Assembly (NCBI GenBank): GCA_963845755.1
Contig: CAWJTV010000033.1
Span: 96,001 to 160,000 of the forward strand
DNA length: 64,000 bases
Source: an uncultured Planctomycetota bacterium
Lineage (GTDB): Bacteria > Planctomycetota > Planctomycetia > Isosphaerales > Isosphaeraceae
Direction of reading: 5' to 3'
In this document: positions 18,975-29,475 of the stretch, in pieces
Numbering within the stretch: the first letter of the stretch is position 1
Layout of the letters: each line of letters begins with the position of its first letter
Made by a program: the position numbers and the translations under genes
Notes under the pieces: model-generated
What the model saw: only the letters and a program-made list of their open reading frames with translations
The model's database searches: none
What the model was told of the DNA's origin: nothing

Positions 18975-20222
18975 ATGGACCCTCGAGGCGGCGGACGTCA
19001 CCGAATCGGTCGCTGGCTTCCCCATCAGGACGCCTTGGAGGATTGGCTCGAAGGCCTGGTGAAAGACATCCGGGCGAGACGCGGCGGGGCCAAGCTCCAG
19101 CCGGCGGTCGAGGAATTCCGCGAGCTTATCGACAGCGATCCGATCGTCCGCCTGCTGATCGCCCAGATGATCGAACAGGTCCCCGATACCAAGCCGTACA
19201 CCAGGAGGCATCTGGAGGGCATCGACCAGATGCTGCTGCTGATCGACGAGGTGATCGGCCGCGCGCCCGAATATAACGAGACCGGCCTGGTCGGGGTCCC
19301 GCTGCACGCCGTGATCGACTGGTGCATGGCGACGCCGGCCGGGTTCGCCGCCTTCCGCCACGACGCGATCAATGGGGCCTTCCGTAGGATCCTGAAGGCG
19401 TGGTGCGAGTTCCTGTGCAGCCCCAAGTCTCTCTATGTCATCAACGACACGCCGCGGGGCTGGAAGTGCGCCTCGGCGCGGAAATCGACCGGGATCGAGC
19501 AGTTCCAGCACAAGCCCCGCGAGAAGCACTGGGGCTTTGCGTCCTGGAACGATTACTTCACACGGCGATTCAAGCCCGGCAAGCGGCCGATCGCGGATCC
19601 CGACGACGACAAGGTGATCGTCAATGCCTGCGAATCGACGCCTTACGCCCTGAAGACGAACGTGAAGCGGGAGGATCGCTTCTGGGTCAAGGCCCAGCCC
19701 TACTCGCTGCGGGACATGCTGGCCGGCGACGAATCGGCGGACCAGTTCGTCGGCGGTTCGGTGTATCAGGCCTATCTCGACGCCCACAACTATCACCGCT
19801 GGCACAGTCCGGTCTCGGGCACGATCCGCAAGGCATTCGTGCGGGAGGGGACCTATTACTCGGAGGCGGAGTCGGAGGGCAAGGACCCCGACGGCATGAA
19901 GAAGTCGCAAGGGTACCTCGCGCACGTCGCCACGCGGGCGATCATCCTCATCGAGGCCGATGACCCCGCCATCGGTCTGGTGTGCCTCATGCCGGTGGGG
20001 ATGGTCGAGGTCTCCTCCTGCATCATCCATCCCGAGATTCGGCCGGGACACCGCGTGAAGAAGGGTGAGGAGATCGGATACTTTCAATATGGCGGCTCGA
20101 CCTACTGCCTGATCTTCCGGCCCGGCGCCATTGCAGGCTTTGCCCCTGAGGCACTTCCGCAGGCGGAGAACCCGGAACCGCCGCTCATCCTGCTCGGGAC
20201 GAAGATCGCGACGGCGGGCTGA
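18975..20222 (+). CDS. Phosphatidylserine decarboxylase family with N-terminal PSDC extension (PsiD-like subgroup)
   Basis: SWNDYFTR, NACES, YHRWHSPVSG and GYFQYGGST (self-cleavage Ser); N-terminal GLVGVPLHAVIDWCMATPAG. Confidence 0.85.
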   Translation: MDPRGGGRHRIGRWLPHQDALEDWLEGLVKDIRARRGGAKLQPAVEEFRELIDSDPIVRLLIAQMIEQVPDTKPYTRRHLEGIDQMLLLIDEVIGRAPEYNETGLVGVPLHAVIDWCMATPAGFAAFRHDAINGAFRRILKAWCEFLCSPKSLYVINDTPRGWKCASARKSTGIEQFQHKPREKHWGFASWNDYFTRRFKPGKRPIADPDDDKVIVNACESTPYALKTNVKREDRFWVKAQPYSLRDMLAGDESADQFVGGSVYQAYLDAHNYHRWHSPVSGTIRKAFVREGTYYSEAESEGKDPDGMKKSQGYLAHVATRAIILIEADDPAIGLVCLMPVGMVEVSSCIIHPEIRPGHRVKKGEEIGYFQYGGSTYCLIFRPGAIAGFAPEALPQAENPEPPLILLGTKIATAG

Positions 20223-20330
20223 CATAGATTTGTGGTGAGCTGACGTAGATTAGTGAATGGCCGATGGCCAGGCTCAGACCCGAATCCAACGCCGCATGTG
20301 GAGAGTTGACCGGCTCGATGACGATCACCG

Positions 20331-20918
20331 TTACCAGGATTTCGTCACGGGCGTGGGGAGACCGACTCGCATGAAGAACCGAGCGAACGCCTGGGAAAGA
20401 TGCTCGCGATAAGGAGGGAGCAGTTGGGGACGTGAAACGCCCCTCGCTTTGAGCAGCGACTCCAGGACCGGCCGCGGAAGCGTGAAGACTTCGTGGAAAT
20501 CAACGATCCGATGCTCGACCTCAACTCCCTCGTCGCTCTGGCCGTTAAGCAGGTTGAGGTTCCAAATAGTCCCCTCGCAGATCTCATCACAGTAGCGCCG
20601 CCAGGCTTTGGCCGTTGGGTTCTGGCCCTTGCTTCGCTGGTCCTCTTCCCAGGCGTCCTTGAACTCGTTCAGGCCATAGTGAGGACAGAGCACCACATTG
20701 ATAACCTTAGCGTGCTCCAAATCGCAAGCCTGAGTCATCACCACGAGGTCGCGCGATTCGGCAATCATGTGCTCGCCGAGCGAAAGATCTACTGCAACCG
20801 AGCCCGACGACGACCGCAGAGCCGATAGTCTCCAGGAGAGCGCCTGTCATTCCAAGATGAGGTCACCCTGAGTCAGCGGCTCCCCGGCACTAATTGCCCG
20901 ATACCACGCTTCACTCAT
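20331..20918 (-). CDS. Hypothetical protein, possible PemK/MazF-like toxin; frameshift near 20850
   Basis: MSEAWY...LTQGDLI...VVMTQACDL...IVDFHEVFTL...LLPPYREHLSQAFARFFMRVGLP. Confidence 0.6.
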
Positions 20919-21188
20919 CGTCGGTGTCCCGGAACTGCCGGCTCGCGCGAAGACGATGGTGGGCTTGTGGCGAGGAAGCCCGCTCAATCGAAGTGTGCCC
21001 TGGAGGCGCGCGATCTCCCGTCTCGGGATCGGAATTACCGAAATACCGCCGACTGGGCGTTCGTCGTCCGAATCGCTGGCAGTCCGCGCCAGGGAGGCCG
21101 AGATGGCTCCGGTCTCATTCGCATCGCCATGCGGAGCGGGCTTGCCCAGGAATCCCGCGGGCGTCTGCTGGCTCTCGAGTTCGGCCAT
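20911..21188 (-). CDS. Small hypothetical protein, coupled to the downstream gene (possible antitoxin)
   Basis: MAELESQQ... after a GGAGAG RBS. An alternative frame ends QFRDTDDE* overlapping the next ATG (ATGAGTGA). Confidence 0.4.
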
Positions 21189-21299
21189 GAGAGATCTCTC
21201 CTTTCCGGTTGCGTTCTCAAATGTACCACACTCTATCCTACTGGGCAATCGATGCTTACGGGCACGGTTCTCCACTCAATGCGGAGACAATTCCACGGT

Positions 21300-21775
21300 T
21301 CCGAAAAGCTCGACGATTCGGATCACGGGGCGCAGGTTCTTCTCCGATGAAGCGGAACAAGAAGCGGAGGACAATCCTCCTCGACGCGACCCGCCCGCTC
21401 CTGGCCTATGTGGAGCGGGCCACCATCAACGATGACACGGAGGGGCCGCTGTTCCGTCCGATGACGCCGGACGCGGCGCGCCTCGTCCCGCGGCACGTGG
21501 ACCGCAAGTCCCCCTGGCATCTGGTCAAAAAATACTGCCGCGTCACCGGGATCGATCCCGTCCGGCTGGGCGGCCGGGGCATCGGTATCCACTCGCTGCA
21601 CAAGACCGCCTTCAACGATGCCATCCGTAACGGGGCGACGATGGACGAGGTCCGCGAATTCGCCAGCCACGCCGATATCCGCACCACAGAGATCTACTTC
21701 GTCCTCAAGGAGGAACACGCCGAAGTGGCGGCCCCCCGCATCCAGATCCGGCTGACGGCTTCCAGAAGTCAGTGA
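21300..21775 (+). pseudogene. Tyrosine recombinase/integrase C-terminal fragment
   Basis: GPLFRP...IHSLHKT (H-x-x-R changed to H)...SHADIRTTEIY; the N-terminal half is absent. Confidence 0.75.
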
Positions 21776-22147
21776 ACCCAGGCGTCACGGCTCCGGAAAG
21801 CCTCCCTGCCGAGACCGGCTTCATTCAGGGCGCAACCCCTGAACGGCCCCTATTGCGTACGGAATGAGGACCGGCTTCGCCGAAATGACCGCGGTCGATC
21901 CGATTCTACTCGCCCTGCGATGCGCCGGTCGATCAGACCGCAGCACGCAAGATAGAGGGTGCCGACTCACTCGATCCAAACTAGACTGACGCTAATGCCG
22001 GACTGGAACGGCTTGGGTGGACGCGAGGGCGGAGCGCCGCGGGTTGGGATCGGTCCAGCGATCCCGGCAACGGGTGCTGCCGCCATCGGCCGGGCCAGCC
22101 CGTTGGAGAATTCCCCAGATTGCCCGGCCGTCACGCTGATTTAGGAA

Positions 22148-22200
22148 CGTCCCCGTCTGTCCGTCTGTCCCTCCGTCTGTCCCTGTCCCCGTCTGTCCCC
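22148..22200. repeat. Stuttered tandem repeat of (CC)GTCTGTCCC
   Basis: CGTCCCCGTCTGTCCGTCTGTCCCTCCGTCTGTCCCTGTCCCCGTCTGTCCCC. Confidence 0.7.
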
Positions 22201-22527
22201 GAGGGACTTCTCGGGATCTAACAATCGCGTCGCAAGCCCGAGACTTGGAGCGATTCCGCCGCGGAATTCCCTAGAGTCGGGCCGGTTTGCCGGCGCTGCG
22301 TCCCGAAGTGTCCCGCTCCGTCGCGTAGGATAACGTTGGCCCCTCCGAAGAATCGACGGGGCGGAAATCCCGTCGGAGCCGGTCTTCATGGAATGACAGT
22401 CGCCACCCGCACTCCATACAATCCAAGGTGGGGGTGAGCCACAGCGAATACTCCTCCCGCATCCGAACGTCAGCTGTTTGGGAGTCGTCTTCGGTTCGGG
22501 TTTGCTGGGTTGCGTAGGGGGGTTCTC

Positions 22528-24445
22528 ATGCGCGTGCACTCTGCGATCGTTCTGGTCATCATCGGCTGTCTCCAACCGGCTCGGTCCGAGGAACCGCATA
22601 CCTTCTGGGGCAAGACGGTCGAGCAGTGGCTCGCGGTCTATCGCGACAAGGCAAGCACCGAGGTCCAGCGCCGGCAGGCTCTCTATGCACTGGGGGGCTT
22701 CGGGCCGGAGGCCAAGGCAGCTCTTCCGCATCTTATCGAGGCCCGAGACATGGAGGGCCTGATCGGGATCGGTGGACCGGCCGTTCCGGCTCTTCGCGAC
22801 CTCCTGAACGACCCGGACGACTCTGTGCGCGGCTGCGCGGCCCAGATCCTCGGGAAGATCGGTCCGGAGGCGAGGGCTGCCGTCCCGTCGCTCATCCGCG
22901 CGATCCATCGCTCCGATCCCGCGCCGAAGCCGAACGGCCTCGTTCGCGAAGTGGTCGAGTCCCTGGGTGAGATTGGACCGGCGGCCAAGGCCGCTATCCC
23001 GGCCTTGAACGACCTGCTTGACAATGCCGGCGATGACGATTTCGATGTGGTGCTGGCTCTGAATCGCATCGGAAGCTCCGCCGGTCCCGAAGCTGCTGGA
23101 TGCATTCCTGCGCGACGCGAATCCGGACGCGGCCTATCGCCTATCCTGGCTCGGTCCCAAGGGCGGCGAAGCGGCTCCCGCCCTGCGTGCGGCCCTGTCC
23201 GACAAACGGCCCGAGGTCCGCATCTCCGCGGCGATCGCCCTCGCGCAGATCGAGCCTTCCGCCCCCGAATCGATACCGGTGCTCATCGAGGCCCTGAAGC
23301 AGCCTGACGACCCGGACTGGCCTGCCGGACCCGAAGCCGAGGTCCTCGCTGGACTCGGTCCCCGAGCCAAGGCGGCGATTCCAAAGCTGATTCGACTCAT
23401 TCAGCACGGATCCAATAAGTCGGGATTCCTCGAGGATCTCCTCAAAGTCCTGGTGCAGGTCGATCCCGAGGGTAAGGAATGCGTGCCCGTGCTGATCGAG
23501 GCCCTGAGCCATCAGGAACTCGAGGTGGTTGACACAGCGGCCCAGTGCCTCGGCCTGCTGGGGCCGCGGGCGAAGGACGCCATCCCGGCCCTGGCGACGA
23601 GCGTGACGCGCGATTTCCGAAAGGAATTCGTCAACGACTACGACCCCCAAGTGCATGCCACCAAGGCGCTCCGGCGGTTCGGCCCGCGAGCGAAGTCGGC
23701 GATCCCCGCCCTGATCGGCGCCTTGAAGTATTGCCGCACGATACCCCCGGATCAGGATGGATTCGATCGTGGCGGGCTCGATCCAAGGGGTGATTACCGT
23801 AACTGGCAGACCGCCGCGGCCGCCGCCCAGGTTCTTGGTTCTTTCCAGACCGGGGCGAAGGCCGCGGTCCCCGCCCTGATTGAAGCCATCCGAACCCGCG
23901 AAAAAGATAATGCGAACTTCTTTGTTCGCCGCGAGGCCATCCTGGCCCTGGGACGCATCGGACCCGACGCCAAGGCGGCGATCCCGGTCCTCCGAGAATT
24001 GATGACCGGATATGGTGAAAAGTCCCGCTACTATCCCGAAGTGGTGATTGCCCTCTTTCAATTGGCCCCCGACGGGAAGGAGATCGCCGAGAGTTGGCTC
24101 AAGGACTCAGTCGGCGTCGGAGCGGGGGAGTATCGAGCTATGGTGCTCGGCGCGATGGGCCAGGTGAGTTTCGAGACGGATTGTCTCACACGCCACACTC
24201 TGCGACATATCGATTGGATGCCCGGTTGCGATGATCCGAGAGACGAGAACTGGATCGGGTTTCTCGAGGGATGGTTGGAAGGGATCGGCGCCTTCCGTTC
24301 CGCGGGGCGTTTGGCCATCCCGCGCCTGGAGGATATCCGCAAGCACCACAGGAACCCCTGGGTCCGCATGTGGGCCACGGAGGCCCTCGAACAGATCACG
24401 ACGGCCCTGAAGGTCAAGGGCGATGAGACGCCAGCAAGGAAGTAG
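22528..24445 (+). CDS. Secreted HEAT/PBS-lyase repeat protein; frameshift near 23080
   Basis: Signal-like N-terminus and more than ten LGxIGPxAKAAIPAL repeats across ORFs 22510..23307 and 23279..24445. Confidence 0.85.
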
Positions 24446-24829
24446 GTCAGGTGCTCCAGTCCAATGACGTGACTCCGTCATCGTCGCGCGCTTCGGTCCG
24501 ACACTACCGACGCACGTTCGGGACTGGCGAGGCTCGGAGGGAGTCCAAGGCGTCGTTTCTCACTGCGGCTGAGACCTCCGATAATCACACCTATGTCATG
24601 TCGAATTGCGTTGTTCTCCCTGTGTCGGTCATAGGCGTACGCGAGCGAAGACGGTCGGGCGGAGCGTTATTGGTCCTGGCCGCCGCACCCACGGGCCGAT
24701 GGGACCGGTCGCGTTCGCCCTTGATCGGCACCCACAAGAACGCGATTGCACCCGGCTTCCGCGTTCGATGGGCGTCCGTCTCTCGTTCCGGCATTCCGTC
24801 GCTTTTTTCCGACAGCCGGCAGAACTCTG

Positions 24830-24857
24830 TTGACGCGGATTGGAATATTTGTACACT
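24830..24857 (+). promoter_or_regulatory. Possible sigma70 promoter of the SWIM/VWA/MoxR operon
   Basis: TTGACG, 16 bp, TACACT, about 65 bp upstream of ATG 24921. Confidence 0.4.
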
Positions 24858-24920
24858 ATGGTCGGCGATGAGAGTGGCAACTGTGGACCAGCGACCACTC
24901 GCTCTTGAAGGAATCGGATC

Positions 24921-25392
24921 ATGATGCAGCAAGCGAGCGTCATTTCCGCGAGTGGTCTGGCCGGAAGCCGAACCGTGAAGACCGTGCCGTTTGTCGAACT
25001 TTCCGGCGGACGCGTGCAAGGGGTCGTGTCCAGCGGGTCGGACATTCATCGCGTTTATGTCTCGTTCATCGAGGGCCGGACCGGCAACTACTACTGCTGC
25101 ACGAACAACAACCGGCCGTGCGGCGGTCTGGGGGTGGGTCCGTGCAAGCACATCCATCGGATGATCGACGAAGCGATGCTCCAGTACGGTCCGCAGGAGG
25201 TCGCGGCCTATCTCGGCGTGACGACCGACGGACCCGCGGTTGATGAAGCGGCCGAGCTGGTCGCCTTGCTTGCGGGGCTCGGAACGGAAAGAGTCGCCGG
25301 GCGTGGTCTTCAGCCGGTTCTTGAACTATCTTCGATATTGCGAGTTGCGTGTACGGCCCGGTACCGTCCTCGAAATGAGCTGGTTCGTGTGA
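24921..25392 (+). CDS. SWIM-like zinc finger protein; frameshift near 25280
   Basis: VQGVVSSGSD..RVYVS...YYCCTNNNRPCGGL...PCKHI. The shifted frame ends FSRFLNYLRYCE...EMSWFV*, with TGA overlapping the next ATG. Confidence 0.75.
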
Positions 25393-26686
25393 TGGACGCT
25401 CTCAAGAGTCTACCCCCAGGCGTCAACGAAACCCTCGAACTGGTCGGGCGGTTCGACGAGTGCCTCGTCCACGGGTTTGCCCGGCTGGGCGACACCCACC
25501 GACGCACGCTCGATCACCTGGCCGCGGTCTTCGACGGCTCGCCGCTCGGCCAGTCCGTGGCCGAGGCGGTCGCGGCGGTTGAGCGGAGTGAGTTCGTCCC
25601 GAGGTCGTTCCTGGTGCTGGCCTCGGCACGAGTCGCGCTGCTCGGTGCCGTGCACGATGCCCTCCTCGGCCAGATCCAGGCGGAGCTGAGACGTCCGGCG
25701 GTCCGCTCCGAGGAAACGCCTTCGCAGCCTCCTGGTGGATCGTCCGCGGCGATGGCGAGCGTCCAGCATTGGCTCGCCGAGCTGGCCATCGCCGGCCTCC
25801 GTCAGTTGGAGGAGGCCGCGGTGGCCCCGTTTGCCGCCACGCTGGAGAATCTCCAGGACGATCCCAGACTTGACCGGTCTGGCGGCTTTGTTGACCGGCT
25901 TCCACAACGAACTCGCGCGGTCCATGCCGGTGGCGCGCCTGCCGGACGTCCCCGCTTTCCGATGGGGCGATCTCTGGTCGGCGGCATTCGTCCGGACGCA
26001 GTACCTGCCCCCACCTCCGGGGTTTCGCGATGCTCAGGGCACCCTCACCCCCCTGGGCCTCGACATCCAATCTCATGAGAACTTCGTTTGTGCCTCGCTC
26101 TACGGACTGTTTGACGACGGCACGGCGAGGACCGTTCGCGTTCCGTTCACGGGTTACAAGGTGGGCGCGATCGCCGGCCCCGAGATCTGGGACGTGTTCG
26201 GAGCCCTGGCCACTCCCGTCCTGGATGCGCTCGAACAACGGAAGGCGCTCCGCGTTTCCGGTGCCGAGCTTCGGGACAACGGCGACCTGATCCTGCGATC
26301 GCCCCCGAAGAAGGGGGCTGCCGCCGATCCCTGGACCGCCGCCGACCGGCTCACGTCGCTACCACCGCCGTCGCCCCTGGCTCGACATCCGGTCCATATC
26401 GCCGAGGTGGTTCACCTCAAGGGCGCCCATGGCTTGCCCATCGCCGAGGAACGGATGGCCGCGGGGAGCGAACTCACGGCCGAGGCGATCGCGGCGTCCA
26501 CCGAAACGATCGGGATCTTGCGCTTCGATCGCGGAGGGTGGCGAGTCCAGCCGCTCTGCATCCGGCATCCGATCATGGGGCTGGTCCAGAGCGGCGAAGG
26601 CATCGCCGAGGCAAGGCGGAAGGTGAAGCATGGCTCGCTCGAGGTCTTGCAGGAGGCGCGCCAGCCGGCTGCTCCGGAAATCGTGA
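25392..26686 (+). CDS. Conserved-looking hypothetical protein of the MoxR/VWA operon; frameshifts near 25860 and 26655
   Basis: MDALKSLPPGVNETLELV...WLAELAIAG...RWGDLWS...GILRFDRGGWRVQPL...ERASRLLRKS*; translationally coupled upstream. Confidence 0.7.
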
Positions 26687-26695
26687 GGTCCGACC

Positions 26696-28124
26696 ATGGC
26701 TGATCCCGCGATCGGCAACCAGCGTCAGATGGTCTACTGGAGGCTCTTGAGCGCAGTCGCTGGCCTCGGCGAGACGGGCGCGGCGCTGGAAACCATGGCC
26801 GCGAACCTGGCCGCGCGGCTCGAGCTGCCGACCGAGATCCTCGACCCCACGATCGGCGTCGATGTGCTCCTGCATCGCTATCCGAAGCTGATCCCCCACT
26901 TCGAGGCCGTACAGCGTTGTATGCAACCCCCCGAGGAGGACGCGTCCGATCCCTCGACAGCCGGCGCCCCGCTACTAGAGCCGGCCCCGGATGGGGACGG
27001 CGACCTCCGTCGCGCCTTCGCGTTCTCGAAGCTCTTACTCAACGTGTTCGGACCGAATACAAGGTCCCCATCGTGCACCGCGGCGCAGTACAGCCAGTGG
27101 TGTCAGGACGTGGCGGCGTTCGAGCGGTGCATGGGCCTGGCGCCGGGCTCGTTACGCCAGGGGAGCGGGACTCCTACCGTTGGGCCGTCCACGGGTCGCG
27201 GGATGGGACCGAGCGGCCACGCTCCGATCATCGATGACCGGCAGCTCCGCGAGGAGCTGGTCGCCATGGAGAGCGACCTCGTCAAGCGCATGGACCTGCG
27301 CGAGGTGCTCAAGGACGACCGGCTCGCCGCCCAGCTCACTCCAAGTATGCCCCTCCTCGAGCAACTGCTCCGCGACAAGTCCAACCTGTCTGGCCCGGCG
27401 CTGGCCAACGCCCGGCGATTGATCAAGAAATACGTCGATGACCTGGCTGCCGTGCTCAAGAAGCAGGTCTATAGCTCCAAGTCCGGCGAGATCGATCGAT
27501 CGGTGCCGCCGAAGCGGGTCTATCGCAACCTCGACCTCAAGCGCACGGTCTGGAAGAACCTGCACCATTTCAACCCGGGCGATCGCCGGGTTTACGTCAA
27601 CCAACTCTTCTATCGGCAGACGGCACAGAAGACCCTGAACAAGTACCTGATCGTGGTCGTCAACCAGTCGGGTTCGATGGTGAGCGCGATGGTTCAGTGC
27701 GCGATCCTGGCATCGATCTTCTCGACGCTCCCACGGGTCGTCGTCTCGCTGGTCGCCTTCGATACCAACGTGATCGACCTGACGCCCTGGGTGGCCGATC
27801 CGTTCGAAGCCCTATCTGCGCACCAACCTGGGCGGGGGCACGTACGGCCCCAGGGCGATGGAATTCGCCCGCGGACTCGTCCACGATCCCCGACGCACCA
27901 CGATGGTCTGGATCTCGGATTTCTTCGACGATCACGGGCTATTCGAGATGATCAAGGCCGTCAAGCAGTCCGGCGTCCACTTCATCCCCGTCGGCTCGGT
28001 CAGCGGTACGGGATACTTCAGCGTCGAAGAATGGTTCCGCAAGCAGCTCAAGGGCATCGGCCTTCCCGTCCTGACCGGCAACATCAAGAAGCTGATCGTC
28101 GAGTTGAAGAAGCAATTGAATTGA
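26696..28124 (+). CDS. VWA-domain protein (CoxE/YehP-like); frameshift near 27815
   Basis: LIVVVNQSGSM (MIDAS DxSxS with D>N), LVAFDTNVIDLT, LGGGT and VWISDFF. Confidence 0.82.
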
Positions 28125-28176
28125 CGCGTTCGACTCTTTCTCCGTAGGATCCCCGCGCCATACGCGCATTCGAAGA

Positions 28177-28256
28177 ATTCAAGATTGCACATTCAAGATT
28201 GAAGGAGACGATTCTGGAGTCCGGAATCTCGAATCCGGAATCTCGAATCCGGAATC
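28177..28256. repeat. Heptamer tandem repeats
   Basis: ATTCAAG ATTGCAC ATTCAAG ATTGAAG, then ATTCTGG AGTCCGG AATCTCG AATCCGG AATCTCG AATCCGG AATC. Confidence 0.75.
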
Positions 28257-28299
28257 GCCTTGGGTTGCGGCCGACGGCCGCGTTGGGAGGAGTCAAGCG

Positions 28300-29471
28300 A
28301 TGGCGAAGATCAAATCGGTCGGTGCGGTTCAACCTCCAGCTCCGGTCTCGGCCGAGCCTGCCGAAACAATCCTCCGCGAGCCGGCGGAGGTGAAGTACGC
28401 CGGCGAGCTGGAATGGCTCCGGTCGATCGACACCGGACCGCGGCCTTCGAGCTGGCGCCTCTCGCCGCGCATGGTCCGGATCTTCGTCCTGGGCTCGTCG
28501 CCTTCGGACAAGCTCGATCGGTCGATCACACCCAAGTTCTTCGGCGACGCTGGGACGGCCGAGCGTGCGATCGTGACACTCGCCAGCGATCGTGGCCTGC
28601 TCCTGATCGGCGATCCCGGCACGGGCAAGAGCTGGCTCGCCGAGCTCCTCGCCGCTGCGATCTGCGGCAACAGCACCCACGTGGTCCAGGGGACCGCCGG
28701 GACCACCGAGGACCAGATCAAGTATTCGTGGAACGTGGCGATGGTCATCGCCGCCGGCCAGTCGCGCGACAGCATGATCCCGTCGCCGATCATGACGTCC
28801 ATGCAGCATGGCCTGATGGGGCGGTTCGAGGAGCTCACGCGTTGCAGCAGCGACGTGCAAGATGCGTTGATCTCGATCCTCTCGGAGAAGTACATCACCA
28901 TCCCCGAGCTGAAAGGCGACAACGTGGTCTTCGCCCGGCCGGGATTCAACATCATCGCGACGGCCAATGCCCGAGATCGGGGCGTCAACGAACTGTCAAC
29001 GGCCCTCAAGCGCCGATTCAACTTCGTGCAGATCCCGATCGTCACCAACAAGGCCACCGAGAAGGAGATCGTCCTGTTCCGCACCCGCGAGCTCCTGGCG
29101 CGGAACCGCTTCGATGTGGAATTGCCCCCGGCGATGCTCGACATCCTCCTCCAGACCTTCGCCGACCTGCGCGAGGTCTCGGCGTCCGAGACCTCCGAGG
29201 ATTCCCGACTCGAGAGCGCCTTGTCGACGGCCGAGCAGATCGGGGTCCTGGAGGATGCCGTGCTCCACGGCCAGTTCTTCGGGGCAGGGGAGCTTGCCCC
29301 CGAAATGCTGGCCCGGTCGCTGGTCGGCACCCTGGTCCGGCGACATCCCGGAGGATGTCTCCATCCTCAATAAGTTCTGGCATGCCGGCGTGTCCAAGCG
29401 CGAAACACGACGGCGGGGCCTGGAAGGCGTTCGAAGCCGCAGGCAAGGAAACGCTCCAGAAGATGAAGTGA
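28300..29471 (+). CDS. MoxR-family AAA+ ATPase (YehL-like); frameshift near 29350
   Basis: Walker A GDPGTGKS, RFEELTR, IIATAN and ALKRRFNF; GGAGG RBS. Confidence 0.9.
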
Positions 29472-29475
29472 TGCC

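Noticed and set aside
18498..20225. 575-aa - strand ORF
   Set aside because: Mostly antisense to the PSD-family gene; only the last 105 aa (from 18815) are a real gene.
21300..21775. Active integrase or prophage
   Set aside because: Only a C-terminal fragment with a catalytic Arg lost; no phage genes, tRNA or att site seen.
28177..28256. Possible CRISPR or attC array in the short repeats (also 22148-22200 and 56430-56480)
   Set aside because: Units are 7-20 bp with no unique spacers, and there is no cas gene or integron integrase.
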